Assembly (NCBI GenBank): GCA_024137785.1
Contig: JAHRHZ010000282.1
Span: 1,087,201 to 1,151,200, forward strand
Reading direction: 5' to 3'
Length of the DNA stretch: 64,000 nucleotides
Source of the DNA: Ginglymostoma cirratum
Taxonomy: Eukaryota
The notes beneath the pieces are model-generated. The model was not told where the DNA came from. It made no database searches and saw only the letters and a list, made by a program, of their open reading frames with translations. Numbering within the stretch: the stretch's first letter is position 1; the number at the start of each line of letters is the position of its first letter. This document shows, piece by piece, positions 1-13,300 of this stretch. Made by a program: the position numbers and the translations under genes.

Positions 1-202
1 ATCTCAGCTAACTGTCATATGTCTTCAACATAGAGGGAAACATGTTCTTCTGCTTTGAATTATGAGCAATGCTTACATAACACTCACAATGACTTGGGAT
101 ACACACTGCATGATCTCAAATTAGAAGTTGCTCCGTCCTGTTCACTGAGCCCGATAAAGTCGTGTATTTGATTTACATCAGAGATCAGAATGTGCCTCTT
201 AC

Positions 203-511
203 CCTGAGGTCCGGTGATGTTCCAACTTTGAATGACCTCTTTATACTTGACCTGGCATGTATAGACTGCTCTGTCGAACCATTCAGCATAAGGGACTCTC
301 AGGCGACTGGTCACTGAGAAGTTCCCATTCGCTTCACACACGGGAGAAGTGAAGATGCCAGAATCCACGCTTCGTCCGTTCTTCAACCAAGTCACGGAGA
401 TTGACTTTGAGTGGAAGTCACTGATTGAACAGACGATGATTGCAAATTTTCTGCTCTCGATTTCTTCACTGGAACTTACAGTTAGGAGAGCAGTCGGAAA
501 GCCATCAGGAC
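203..511 (-). CDS. IGHM: IgM heavy-chain constant exon 2 (Cmu2)
   Basis: Acceptor TTTATTAAG|G at 512/511 and donor CAGG|GTAAG at 203/202. The exon is 309 nt, phase 1-1 and open: (C)[102 protein letters not shown]. It has the C1-set C..W..YxC pattern. Confidence 0.95.
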
Positions 512-999
512 CTTAATAAAACACATCGTGAAAATTATCTGATGGATTTGAGAACAAGTACAGTCGGTTTTTACCTATCAAGGTTCAATGCGGTTAATAG
601 ATACTAACCTAAACATTCCAAGGATCCTAATTATGCAGAATGCTACAAAAGCTGGCATTCAGGCAGAGTGATCAGCAGGTTGATATCAAGTGCCAAAGCT
701 GGAAGTAACAGCAAGTAGTAAATATGGTACAGAAATTATACATCAGTCAAATGAAAAGAGAAATAACAATGTTGGACAGTCCGCATTTTAATGAAAGGAG
801 TCCGACGAGTGGACGAGAGAAATGATGAAATTAAGTAATTGACATCACGGAGATACGTTGAGAGAGGGGCAGGGCTCATTTTTCCAGGATATATCGCCTT
901 CAGGCGAGACTCGGGAGTTATAAGATGGAGGGTGGAAGTGTCTGTCCCAATATTGAGCAGGCCGTTTTCAGCAGTAAATAGGAATGAAATCGTATACCT

Positions 1000-2850
1000 C
1001 CTCAAATGAAGGCAAGTGGCTTAGTGGCTTAAAAACCAAAATAAAGTAAAAAGACTGCTAGGAGAGCACAATTAGCTCCTCTGCTGGTCCGAGAGATATG
1101 AGTGCAAATACGTCAGCAAAGTTTCAGGTAAGTGGACATAAATAGGGTAATGATTGTAAGGATTTCAACTTCCTCAATGTAGGCTGGGCATTCATCGTTT
1201 CAAATGTCCAGAAGGAGTAGAATTGTGAAATAGAGCTTTTTAATAGAACACGGAGAAGGTCTTGCAAGAGAAGGCTGAAACTGCACTTCACATGAGGTAA
1301 CGAAGCTGACAAAGCGCTTAAAATATCAAAGGAGAAGCATTTTGCAGAGAGTGATCACGAATCCATTGGATTCAAGATTGTTCTGGAAAGGAATAGTAAT
1401 AGGCACGAACCAAAATTATGAAACAGAGAGGGGGCAATTTTAATACGCTCGGGTACGATTTGACCAGAGTGAACTGGGAGCAGACATTTATTGGTAATTC
1501 TGAGTCAGAGCAGCGGGACGCATTCAAGGAGGAAATGGAAAGAATAAAAGGCCAACGTGTTCCAACAAAGAAAGGGTATGTGATGAAAAATGCTGCGAGC
1601 CCTGGACATCAAAATTCATATAGGGTTATACAAAGAGAAAAAAAAAAGAAAAGAAGGCTTGTGGCATATGTCGAATGTACAAAACAACAGAATCTCTCAA
1701 GAAGTACAGAACGTGCAAGGGAAAATGTTTAAAAGATAAATTAAGAGAGAAAAAAAGAATCGTATAATAATAATGGCCGGCACAATATGGGAAATTTTTG
1801 TTTAAAAGAGCCATGATACAAGTTGATTAATGGAATAAGGATAACAAGGGAAACAATAGGGCTCATTAAGTGCTACAGTGGTATTACTTGCGTGAAGTAA
1901 CAGCACGGAGGTTATATTCTAAATGAATTAATTGTGTCAGAGTTCACTTTTAAAGTGGACGATGCAGATACAGATATCATGGAGAAGCGTTGTGAATTGC
2001 GTTAAGAAATCTGCATTAGATGAGTTATGCTCTGTGTTGTATTACGGGGCGGATGAAATGTATCCAGGGCTGTTGAGTGAGGAAAAGGAGGAAATGGTTG
2101 AAGTGATGGCAATGATTTTGAGTTCCTCTTTGGCCACAAGGGATTGTAGTTCAATGAAGGTGGTACGGTGAAGCAAGAAGGAGCAAAGGAAAAACCATTG
2201 AAACAGAGGACAGTAAAACTAGACACGGTGGCACGAAAATATTGGAAGCAATTCAGAGGAACACAATGAATCTTCATTTGGAAGAGTTTAATCAAACATT
2301 CGTGACATGTATTATTGAGAGGAAGGCATGTCTAACGAACTTGAAGGGATATTGTGAAGCTTTTACCAGGTGTGTAGCGATAGCAATCCAAACAGCCAAA
2401 GGGATCTGAGGAAATTTGACTAATTGCATCCAGAACTGGCTGAGTGGCAGGAATTGGAGGGTGATGGTCATGGTGTGTTTGTGTGACTGCAGGCCTGTGT
2501 CTAATGCTGTTCTGTGGGGATCAGTGTTGATATCCTTGCCATTTGTGGTGTATACAAACAATTTAGACTTGAATTTTCGACGGTTGACCAGAAGGTTCGC
2601 AGATGGAATGAAAACTGTTGAGCTACTAAGTAGTGATCTTAATAACTGTTCAGCACAGGAGGATAAATAAGGAGTGGCTAAATGGGCTGATCAGAGGCAA
2701 ATGGAAATCACTCTGGGTCAGTGTGAGGAGATGTTTGTATGCAGGAAAAAAAATGCAAGGTTTAATAGTATTAAATGTGGAACCCTGAGATGCGCGAGGA
2801 TCTTTAGTGTGCATGCCCACCTATCCCTTACAAGGCAAGGACTTGCCATA
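1000..2850 (+). mobile_element. Decayed CR1-type LINE ORF2 (endonuclease-RT), 5' part, in the Cmu1-Cmu2 intron
   Basis: Frameshifted CR1 motifs: SDH after the endonuclease, CIQNWLSGRNWRV, VLWGSVL..LPFVVY, RRFADGMK, KWADQRQME. Boundaries approximate. Confidence 0.8.
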
Positions 2851-3372
2851 AAGTCATAGAGCCGTAGAGATGTATAGCATTGGAACAGACCCTTCGGTTT
2901 AACTCACCCATGCTAATCAGATTTCCAAAAGTAATCTAGTCACATTTTAGCATTTGGCACATATCCCTCTAAAGCCTTCCTCTTCATGAACCCATCCAGA
3001 TAACATTTAAATATTGTGACTGTACTCCAGGATTTCCTATGGCATCTCATTCTGTGCACACATCACCCTTTGCATGGTCTCTTTTAAATCTTGCCGTTTT
3101 CAACTTAAACCTATGCCCTCTAGTTTTGGACTTCCCTACCACGGCGAAAAGACATTGGCTGTTCATTGTATCCATATTCCTCATGATTTTATAAACTTCT
3201 GTCAGGTCACCGTCAGCCTTTGACTCTCTAGGGAAAATAATCCCATCTTTTTCAAACTTTCCCTATAGCTCAAACCATTCAACCCTCGCAATATGCTTGT
3301 AAATCTTTTCTGAAGGATTTCAAGTTTCACAATATCTTTCCTGTAGCTGGGAGACAGGAATTGAACGCAATG
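2851..3372 (-). mobile_element. CR1/HER1-type LINE 3' fragment inserted in antisense into the older CR1
   Basis: Begins with the CR1 3' tail (gtcatagag...gaacagacccttcgg) also seen at 7760, 18317 and 41250, then continues into the ORF2 C-terminus on the minus strand. Confidence 0.8.
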
Positions 3373-3397
3373 TTGGATAAAGAGGTTCAGAAGATTG

Positions 3398-3483
3398 AAG
3401 GGTCTAGGCCAGAAATGTCAGCCCTCCTGCTCCTATGATGCTGCTTGGCCTGCTGTGTTCATCCAGCTCTACACCTTGTTATC
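3398..3483 (+). mobile_element. Short Penelope-like pLTR fragment with hammerhead remnant, flanked by an 11-bp target-site duplication
   Basis: TCAGAAGATTG occurs at 3387-3397 and 3484-3494. The body AAGGGTCTAGGCCAGAAATGTC...TGCTGTGTTCATCCAGCTCTACACCTTGTTATC is nearly identical to the copy at 28112-28200. Confidence 0.75.
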
Positions 3484-3494
3484 TCAGAAGATTG

Positions 3495-4090
3495 TGGGAC
3501 GTTTGCCTTTATTAGCCGAGACATTGAGTTTAATTGCAGGAAATGACACTGGAACTTAATATAACACTGTTTTGGCCATATTAAAGGATGGTGTGCAGTT
3601 TCGGAATTCATGTAATAAGAGGAATGATTACATTGGAGCGGGCATTTCCAGAGATGAAGAGTTTCAGTTTTAAAATGAATTTAGGTAGATTTGGGATTTC
3701 CTTGGAACAGAGGAGACTGAGCAGGAACATGATTGATGTGTTTAGAATTATGAACAGCATAGCGAGTGTAGAGAAGTAGAAGCCTTTCCCCCTGTTGGTG
3801 TTGTCAACGTCTAATGTGCATAGGTTTCACGTAAGAACAGGACGATTAGAGAGGAATAAATCATTCAGACGATGGTGGAATTGGAGCTCAGTGCCTGTAA
3901 ATCATGTTGAAGCTGGAACCTTCATAACATATCATAAGAATAGAGACAAATACTTGCAATGCCAAATCAACAACGCAATTGATCCATTGTTGTTAATTTG
4001 GAAACGAATAGTTGGGTAGTTTTCTTTGATTGATATGTACTGAATGGGCTGAACGGCCATTTTCTGTGCTGTATAACTCTATGATTCTGT
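3495..4090 (+). mobile_element. Decayed CR1 ORF2 3' end and 3' UTR (continuation of the 1000-2850 element)
   Basis: SLEQRRLSRNMIDVFRIM motif (ORF 3588-3779) and tail gggctgaacggcc...tgtgctgtataactctatgattct. Confidence 0.75.
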
Positions 4091-4163
4091 GAAAAGTCTT
4101 ATGAATAATGTCCTATTCATGTAAATCACACATATCTGTTTACCCCGTTCTCATAACACTTAC

Positions 4164-4463
4164 ATGGCATTCCAGTGCTCTTGTCGGACCCGCTGTGTCG
4201 AACCTCACAGGATATTTGGTCACATTCCGCGTCTGACTCGATGAGGGCTAACTGGCTGCTCAGCGTGTAAGTTCCTTTCTTGTTTCTCACCGATGGGTAC
4301 GTCTGAACTCCAGTCGTGATCAGCTGCCCATGTTTCTTCCAGGTCACACTGGCGACGTCGGGGGAATAGTCCATCGCCAAGCAACCATAGATCACAGAAC
4401 CGTCAATGTTGCCTTGCTGACAGGAGGAGACTAAGCCATAAAGTGTCGGAGAAGACGGTGTTG
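4164..4463 (-). CDS. IGHM: IgM heavy-chain constant exon 1 (Cmu1)
   Basis: Acceptor TTTCTTTCCTAG|C at 4464/4463 and donor CCAT|GTAAGT at 4164/4163. The exon is 300 nt and open: (A)[99 protein letters not shown]. This is a typical shark mu CH1 ([21 protein letters not shown]). Confidence 0.96.
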
Positions 4464-4505
4464 CTAGGAAAGAAAGGTCGATTAAGCAAGTTAGTCTATG
4501 TTAGT

Positions 4506-4846
4506 TCATAGAAACCATAGTGCGTAAGCAGGCCATTCAGCCCAGTAAGTCCACACTGCCACTCCGAAGAGCATCCCATCCAGACCCATTCACCTACCCT
4601 GTAACACTGAATTTCCAAAGGCTAATCCAGTGAATGTACGCACCCCGGGCACTATGGCCAATTTGTGATGGCCAATCCAGCTAAACTGCACATCTTTGCA
4701 CTGTGTGAGGAAACAGAATCACCTTGCAGAAACACACACAGACTCGGGGGAAATGTGTAAACTCCACACAGACCGTCGCCCGAGGGTGGAACCGAACCGG
4801 GTCCCTAGAGTTGTGAGGGAACAGTGTTGACCACTTATCCACCATG
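4506..4846 (-). mobile_element. HE1-type (V-SINE) tRNA-derived SINE
   Basis: tRNA-like head with B box (GGTTCGGTTCC), central TGTGTGGAGTTT..CA core and CR1-derived tail. Homologous to 43172-43476 and 52699-53010. Confidence 0.8.
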
Positions 4847-5141
4847 GTGTGCAATTAGATATCATTTGTTACTCAAACGTATCCACACCTATAAGCTTAT
4901 TCCAATATGTTCCAGCTACAACAGAAATTCAGTTTATGTTTGTTTTATGGAATTTGTTGACCATGATCTATTAGTTCCCTCTCCAGAAACACGCCTTATA
5001 TCTTGAGGATTATTTTATAACTAAGGAAGAAGAACACTGATCTCATCAACATTCAAAGTTTGAAAATTTCGCCAATAACACAATTGACACATTCATTTGG
5101 ATTACAAATGAGTAGCGCAAGAGTTTCATGAAATAAAACTC

Positions 5142-5174
<33 letters not shown>

Positions 5175-5182
5175 TGTGTGTG
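5142..5182. repeat. (GT)n microsatellite
   Basis: About 20 GT units with two interruptions. Confidence 0.95.
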
Positions 5183-5589
5183 TCATTCATTCAGCATGTC
5201 TACATTTCTCAATCAAGAATGTTATTTGATAGATAACTTGTCTTGTCCTTTTTATCACTCCTCTTGTGTAAACTGGTTCAGTGAAATTAACCACTGCCAT
5301 CTCATATTACCTCGGATTACCCATGCACCAAAAGAATTGTTAAGTGACTCAACTTCAAAAGTGATTCTGTAATCCGTAATTACAAGATTACAATGAAACC
5401 AATCATAAAAACTTAATTATGTAAGAATATGAAGCGGCTTTTATGATTTTCTGCGTCGTGAGACTCGGAGTGAACCTTTTCTGTCTAATTCCAGTCTAAA
5501 AATACAGAAAAGTGATGTTTCTGAAAGGAAATTAGGTCATTGCAAGACAACAAGTTTAATTTATTTCATCGTTTTAAAAGTAATCCTAT

Positions 5590-5870
5590 CCCAGAAGCTG
5601 CACAGATCAATCTGAGTAGTTGGACATTGCCAGATATTGAGGCTACAGTTGCCTGGACAGTGATCAACATTGACTCCTGACTCCACGAAGTGTCTTGGAT
5701 TGAGGAATGGGTGAGGCAACATTCTTCTTACTGTCTGATGCTGCCATGCTACATGATTTTGACTAATAATTAAATATTCTTCCAATTAGGGCAGCAGATG
5801 GAAGAGGCAGAGAGTGCAGTGTGGACACTGCCTATCCTCATGGTGGGGACTTCAATGTTCACCACCATAT
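5590..5870 (+). mobile_element. Decayed APE-endonuclease fragment of a non-HER1 LINE family
   Basis: Remnants aacattgactcc...cacgaagtgtcttgg and GGGGACTTCAATGTTCACCA (GDFNVH). Resembles 34600-34820. Confidence 0.5.
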
Positions 5871-7759
5871 GAGCAATGAAGGGCAACTATCTTATTTGTA
5901 ACTGACTAATCTGAAAAAAAAAAATTGGCCCATACATTATTTGATTATATTCTTTCATGTGATGTTGGCTTTGTTGTCTACAGCAGCATCCTTTGCCCCG
6001 TTGCTAATTATCCATGGGGATGTACTGGAGAGCTGCTTTCTTCCACCATTAGTGACATTGCAAAATAGATACAATCACAACATTGTGAGGACGGGAGTGG
6101 CAGAATTATTGCCTCAGCAGCTGTGAAGATGCGGCTATATCATTAAATGTGGACGACAAGTTACATTAAGTTGTGCTGTCATTCATCCAGTGTTGCTGTC
6201 CTCCTTAGTGGTAGAGGTCATGACATCAGAATCTGCTGGGGAAGGAGTCTGGCTGAGTTTCTACAGTAGAACTCGTAAAGAGCTAATAACGGTCCCACTC
6301 TGCATTAGGAGTGAAGAAATGAATAACGAATGTGATAAATGGGGTGCCAAACAAATGCATTCCCTTGTGCTGAATGGTGCCAAGCTTCCTGGCTGCTATT
6401 GAAGCTACGTTCATCCAGACAAGTTAATGGTATTCCATCATACTCCTGTCCTGAGCCCTATAGATGGTGAGCAGGCGTTTCGGGACAGCAGGTAAGTTAT
6501 TTGCCGCAAAATGCCTGGTCTCGGACCTGCTCGTGTCACCACAGCATTTGCTTGGTAACTCATGTTCAGTTTTTGTCAATGACAATCCGTAGTATGTTGA
6601 TGATGTCGGAATCAGCAATGGTAATAACAGTGAGTGTCAAGGGAAATATTTAAAGCCAGTCTCCTTGGAAATGGAATATAACTGGCACAAGTGCGTGGTG
6701 AAACTTACTTTCCTCTTGTCAATGCAAGTCAGAACATTTTCTCTGGGATGCAGTTCGCTGCAGCAGCGCCAACAGAAGTGGAACACCAGGACTGTGAGGA
6801 TCTCTGTTGCCGCTGACCTCATGCCAATTTTCTGGAAGTTGAAACTGATAATGGGCAATTATCTGAATTCTGGAGGTCGCTGAAAATATGCGTTCTTCCA
6901 CTCAGAATCAGAGACTTTGGAGTGCTATGGTTAAATGAGCTTAACATTTACGCAGGTATGATTCAAGAAATTAACAAGTGCCCTTTAACTATCAAATTGA
7001 CACCTAGTTCAACGCAAAAACTCTAAGTTCTCAGTGTGACCACCACTCCGTCACTCTCTGTCTAGACCTGAACTTCCACTGACTTTGATATTCCCCACCC
7101 TGCCACACAACCGCTCACCTGGAACATATGACCCCATCACACGACAGTACCACACACCCAAGACAACCAGTATTACAGACGGGTATGTACCGTTGATTCT
7201 TTGCACTCAGTTACTCTCCTGCCACTCTACACATGGTTCAGGGTGCGTTTGGACCTAACAGGACCTAGCACCTTCTTTTTCACAATCCCAGTCAGGATCC
7301 AATTTCCCCAGAGATGACCTCAAGGCCTTGATCACTTCTCATCTTACCAAATCAACCTGTTAACATTGCACCATACCTCCCTTCTCATCTGTCGTTTTTC
7401 AAATGCCAATTTGCCAAAATCCGAGCTTTGCATTGTGAAATCATGTCCACCTGCCACTTCATTACTGTGACCATCTACCACTGATAGAGCCCCGCACTCT
7501 GTTGACCTGTCAACTAACCAGCCTGGGACTTGACGCATCGATTGCATTTCCACTCAAACTAACCCTTACATACCAAGCACCAGGTTGCCAAACTAATTCC
7601 TTGTTACCGCAATCATAAGCCTTGATGCCAAACTGTCAAACTCGGTGAATGACAGCTTATCCAACATCCAGCCAACACGTCAAACCTACCAGCTTACTCT
7701 CTATCTCCTCACTGGCTTGCAACCTTCGAAATTCAAGCCAGGTCCACCATACGTTCACT

Positions 7760-8700
7760 GTTATAGAGTCATGCAGTACAGGAACCAACTCTTCAGTCCA
7801 GCTCACCCATGCCGACCAGTATTCACAAATTAAAGTATTTCCATTTGCCTGCATTCGGTGCAAATGCCTCTAAAGCTGCTCACTTACTGGTCGAAATGTC
7901 CAGCATCTAACATACCTGCATCTAACGCTTCCTCTGCCAGTTCATTCCATATACCCACCACCATATGTGTGAAAAAGTTACCCTCAGGTCCCATTTAAAT
8001 CTTTCTCTCTCAACTTAAACCTATGGTTCTAGTTTTGAACTCCTCTACAATATGATAAAAGGAAACCCTTTTCCATTATCATTTTCTATGCCCCTCATGA
8101 TTTTATAAACCACTATAAGATCGTGACTTAATCTTCTAAGATCAAGGGATTAAAAGAAAAGCATAGAGTAGACAGTCTTTTCTCATAACTCAAACCGTCC
8201 AGTCTCAGTAACATCCTGTAAATCTTTTCTGGACTCTTTCCAATTTACCAACATTCTTTGTGCATCACGGTGACAAGAACTAAATGCAATGCTGCAAAAG
8301 TGGCATCACAAATGTCAGGTACAGCTGCAAGTTGACGTCCCAAGTCCTCTTCTCAACGTTCTGAACAATGAACACAAGCGTGCCAAGCACCATCATCACC
8401 ACTCTGTCTATCTGTGACACTGCTTCCAAGGAACCATGTACCTGTAGTCCCAGGTCCCTTTGTTCGAAAACAGCCTCCAGTGCTCGATCAATAACTGTGT
8501 AATTCGTGCCTTGGTTTGCCTTATCAAAATAAAACACCTTGCGATCATCGAAGTTAAACTCCATTTGCCACTCCTAAGCCTATTGATCCTACTATTCAAG
8601 ATCCCCTTGTACTTTTACATAACATTATTCACTGTCCACTATACCATTACTTTTGCTGTCATCACAAACTTGCTCACCATACATCAATCAATGTTTTCAA
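7760..8700 (-). mobile_element. CR1-type LINE 3' fragment (RT C-terminus and 3' UTR) in the J-C intron
   Basis: ORF 8280-8564 MEFNFDDRKVFYFDKANQG...EQRDLGLQVHGSLE; CR1 tail at ~7760-7830. Confidence 0.85.
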
Positions 8701-10179
8701 GATTTCTCATTGAATATTGCACCCAGTTCACCGTTTCCCATATACCCATTGCTTCCTTCATCCGGAAAAAAAAACCAAACTAATTAACTTCTCCTTAAAA
8801 ACATTTAATGTTTTTGCCTCAACCACTCTCTGTGACAGAGAATTCCAGAGGTTCACCACACTCTCATTGAACAGTAAATCATTGAGTTAAATTTTATGGT
8901 GAGTTTGAAAGATGGTTGAGAACAAGAAGTCTGATGACTTCATGAATGATCTAGCATTCTAGAGGGGCCGAGAGGCCTTCTTCAGCTTCTAACTTGTATC
9001 TTCACATCTTCCTTCGGCAGGACGACCCAAAAGTTCTGTATTTAAGGTGAAAGGCGCACATGCAAGTATATGCTTCACCTGAAAGTTTTCCTCCAAATCT
9101 CACTCAATTTTCACTTTCAACTATTTCTCTGTCCCTTTACTGTTTCTGGATCACAACTATTGAACACACTTTCTAATAGCGTTGTGGTCGTACTGATGCC
9201 ACATGAACTGCAGCAATTCAAGTAGTCTTGTACGACTAGCTTCTCAAGGAGATGTAAGAATTCTGAAAGTTCCACGTCTGTCTAGAGATACAAATAACCA
9301 CTGGAAGAGTTGAGACATATTTGAGGTAACTGTCGAGTGTCCATACAAGGATAACGTGCTGAATGGATTCTTTCTGTGTGGTTTGACGATGGTTTCACTG
9401 AACTGACTGAAATGCTCCTTCTTCATTTAATGCGAATTAAGGTTTATGCATTGTTTAGGGCGGCAGTAATATATTATAATTGCCTGGAATAAAGAAATAT
9501 AATGTTAAATTAAAAGGGTCTGACGAACTCGATTGTGTTGTTAGAATTGGAAATTATCAGAGATTTAAAGTTTATTCCCATTAGCAATTAATTATGGCCT
9601 CATTGTGTTAATTTCAGTAATCGCAGAAATGTTTTTTCAGAAATGGTAAATCCCTCAGATTAAACATGCAGTTTAATCATTAAATCTGGCATTGATTTTC
9701 TTTGATAATCAAAGGTGTTAAAGATTTGTGGACAAAGGCAGGCATGTGGTATGAGGCCACAAGTCCAACAAGACCCGATTAAATGGTGGAACAGCTCGAG
9801 AGTTTGGGTGCCCTACTCCTGCCCCTATCTTCCTGTCATTGTGTCATACGTCAGGCTACCACTGGCAGTGCAAAATGTTTGTTAAAATATTTTAACAAAA
9901 TAATGCTTGAAAACATTTTCATAAAATGTTGGTTATTTGGAATGGTTACATCGACCTTCCTCTTATCAATGGTCAAAGTAACGCCACCCAGTTATGGCAG
10001 CCACTACACTCTGGAGTGTTACTGTTACTGTACGATACTGTTTCTTCTGAACCGACTGCTCCAGACTGCGTCACTCACATTCAATGATCATCTGGTATGA
10101 AATATCACTGAACATTCTTAATTTGTGGCAATGCACTTTCTCTACGAGCAACTTATGTTGTTTCACTGACAATAGAACA

Positions 10180-10316
10180 TTTTTTAATGAAACAACAAAC
10201 TGTGAATGCTAGAAATCTGAAATAAATACACAAATTGCAGAAGAAACTCAGCAGGTCTGGCAGCTCCTTTTGGGAGAAAGCAAAGCTAACATTTCGATCC
10301 ACCGACCCCTCTTAAG
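10180..10316 (-). mobile_element. Decayed Penelope-like pLTR fragment with hammerhead remnant
   Basis: Shares the ctcagcaggtctggcagc core with 58850, 60757, 62211 and 63600. Minus strand reads CTTAAGA-GGGGTCGGTGGATC-GAAA-TGTT. Confidence 0.6.
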
Positions 10317-13300
10317 CAAATTGCTTTCATGTTTTCTGGCACGGGAACTCACAGCTATTGAGTTAGACTGTGGTTAAGTTGGCTTGACTTCTGCTGGAAA
10401 ATGTTTCTCAGGAGAGGTACTGGACAAACCGAGATATAAACTGAAGATTAATTGAGGAGCTGCCACCAGCTGTTTCAAGTGTTGGATTCAGTGGAAACCC
10501 CATTATACTGAACAGTCAAGCTTTCCTGATCCGGAACAGCGCTGGTTTGATTGAAAATAAAAGAAGATCATCATTGTCTCATAAAATATTCTTTGGCCTA
10601 CGATTAATCCTGAGTTAGGTGTAAATGCTTGGTAGAAGAGCAAGTCAGAAGCTCGAATTTCTCTGGAGTGTAATCCATTAAACCCCACCAGTGACGCCCA
10701 AACCCAATGACCAAATATTGTTTTTTATTAAATGCTAAACGCTAAGTTCCGTATAATATCTATGAGAACGATTGAACAGATTTCACAGGCCTCTATTTTT
10801 GGAATTCCAACAACATCCAAAGAACTCAATGTTTTTTTTCCCTCTGAAATGACCTATTCAGAGGTGGCATTACATACCTCTGTAATAGATTGGAATTGAA
10901 CACAGGACACCTGTCTCAATATCAGGGACACCATCACTGCACGACAAGAGGCCAGAGTACAATCAGCTCGAAACTAACTCGGACTAAACAGCCCAGCTGT
11001 TTGACAGTATATAAACCATGTTAATCATTGACACCTTTCAGCAACCAGATATAGTTATAGAGTGTTTTTACGATGGAAGTATCATTGAACAATTCTCCGA
11101 GCGTACTCTGATAACGCCTCTGAATTATACAAACACTGGAGGAACAATAGAGGAATAAAACTCGGAATTGCATTGTCGTAAATTCACTGTTACTGAATTT
11201 TAAGCCTGGAACTCCCTTCCTAATAGAACTGTGAATTTTGCTGGACCAGAAGATCCGCTCAAGTCGAAATACACCAAAATCTTTTGAAGTATAATATGAC
11301 TATTTTCATTAACACAAACAGTCCACGATAGGTACTCCAATAATAAGATGCAAAATAATTTCTGATTGTACATTGTGCCACTAAACATGTAAAGGCTAAT
11401 GTGAATAACATACCCAGCATGCTGTTTCTTCTGCCTCACTCTATCAAAAAAAAACTCCCAATGCAGATACAGTATTATGAACAACCAAGTTGAAACTCCT
11501 GCAGACTGTCTTTCATTTCTGAAGTGTCGTTCTGTGTGTAAAAATTTGGTTAGGGTTCTCACTTCTGAGGTGCCTAATCAAATAATATATTTCTAGTGGT
11601 TAAAATTGTTTTTGAAATACCAGATGGTATTGAATTATCTGCGATACAGGAGACTGAACCAGATGATTTACAACGGAAATTGCACAGACAGAAACTGTAC
11701 AACATTCATGATCCTATTAGATACACCTTTTCAATTCATCAAATCAAATGTTACAGATTCACTCTAATTTAACCTGCGTGATAGAAGCGACCTCGAGGTA
11801 AATATTAATGCGGCCAGGAATGATTTCACAATAAACACAGATTACCTACTGTTTTAATAAACTTCAGAAGTCATTGCAATAACCAAAATATATTTTTAGG
11901 GCATGTCTCCAATTTAAGCAAAGCTCAGGAGGAAATTGACAATTCTCGAAATTAATTTTATGCCCTGTTCAAAGCCAATATTGCATACTATTGTGGAAAC
12001 ACATGTAGGATAAATATTTACTGTCAGCTTTGCTTTGCAATGGAGAGTTTTTTTTAGGAGCTGTTCTGCAGTGAACGATAAGTGTTAAAAACATACGAAT
12101 CGGGAGTTGCCCAATTTACCTGATGTCTAAATAAATTTTCATGACATTGAACTAATGTGAACAATACCTTCCAGATGGCTAAATTGCAACAATCGGTCAA
12201 ATATATTAATTAACGTGAATATTACTCTATTTCATTGTTTGAAATCAACAATGTTTTCGACTACCCTCCAGTTACTGCTTCTGCAAAATTTTAAACTCTG
12301 TATATGCCTGAGTGCATTGATATATAATGCACTGCGTGCATTTTCAACAATAATCTGATGATAAGATCGTGCATGGATAACTTAAATTAATTTAAACTCT
12401 AGCCTTGGTCACATAATTCACTAAATCAGTTGTTTCCGAATGAGTTACGATTGAGTCGATATGCAGTTATAAAATGTGACTACATATTTAATCCACATGC
12501 TCTGGGAAAACAGAAAGCACTGTGTGGATGAAATCATTCAGTTAACGTTTTATTTTTATTCCTGCAAATCTACTTTAAACAGGGATGTAATAATTAATTA
12601 ATTCAAGTTGCTGAATCGATGGTCAATGCAGTGAAATTGATCTACTCTTCATCGAAATATTTCAGGCAGAATTGCTAAAGAGTCTTTGTCACTTATCTTT
12701 TCCAGCCAGAAAACTTTTCTGTAGAGTATGGCGGAATTGAAAAGTAATTTTTGATCAAAGATTTCACTGTGATGGCGTTTTTGCTCAATATCAGGAATTT
12801 TAAAATATTATATTTTTTGAAATTCTGTTTATACTTTCTATGACTTACAAATTGCTCAAAGACAGACCTTGTGATTGAAACATATAGTTGATTGCAAGGC
12901 AAGAATCAGGTTAATCTGTAATTATTCTTTGTAAGTAAAAATCGTGCCCGAAGGTAACTGTTTTCCCTTAATTTCCAATACCTTTGTGATCTGCCTTTCG
13001 CCCAATATTAGGCGTTAGGAAATTGCAACTTGCATGCTGTTTGCATTCAATGAGGAAAATAGAGAGATTCACTGTCACCAGCTGTGTTAACAATGCAAAA
13101 GCAATGTAGAAACCAGAAACCCGTTCATAAATATTACAAAAATAATGCCGCCTGAGCATATTCGCTTCTAAATAGAACAAAGATCATTGATTCACAACAC
13201 TGGGACAACGACATGTTTGCAGTACAAGTGGCACTGCAAGCATTTTAGACAGTATCAAAATGTAACAAGCCAAAAAAAAACTCAAATTGGAATCCAACAA

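Noticed and set aside
84-202. C-terminal extension of ORF 84-395 as a secretory tail
   Set aside because: It is read-through past a strong GTAAG donor at 202 and shows no resemblance to a mu tailpiece. The ORF ends at 4126-4163 and 15986-16045 are likewise intron or RSS read-through.
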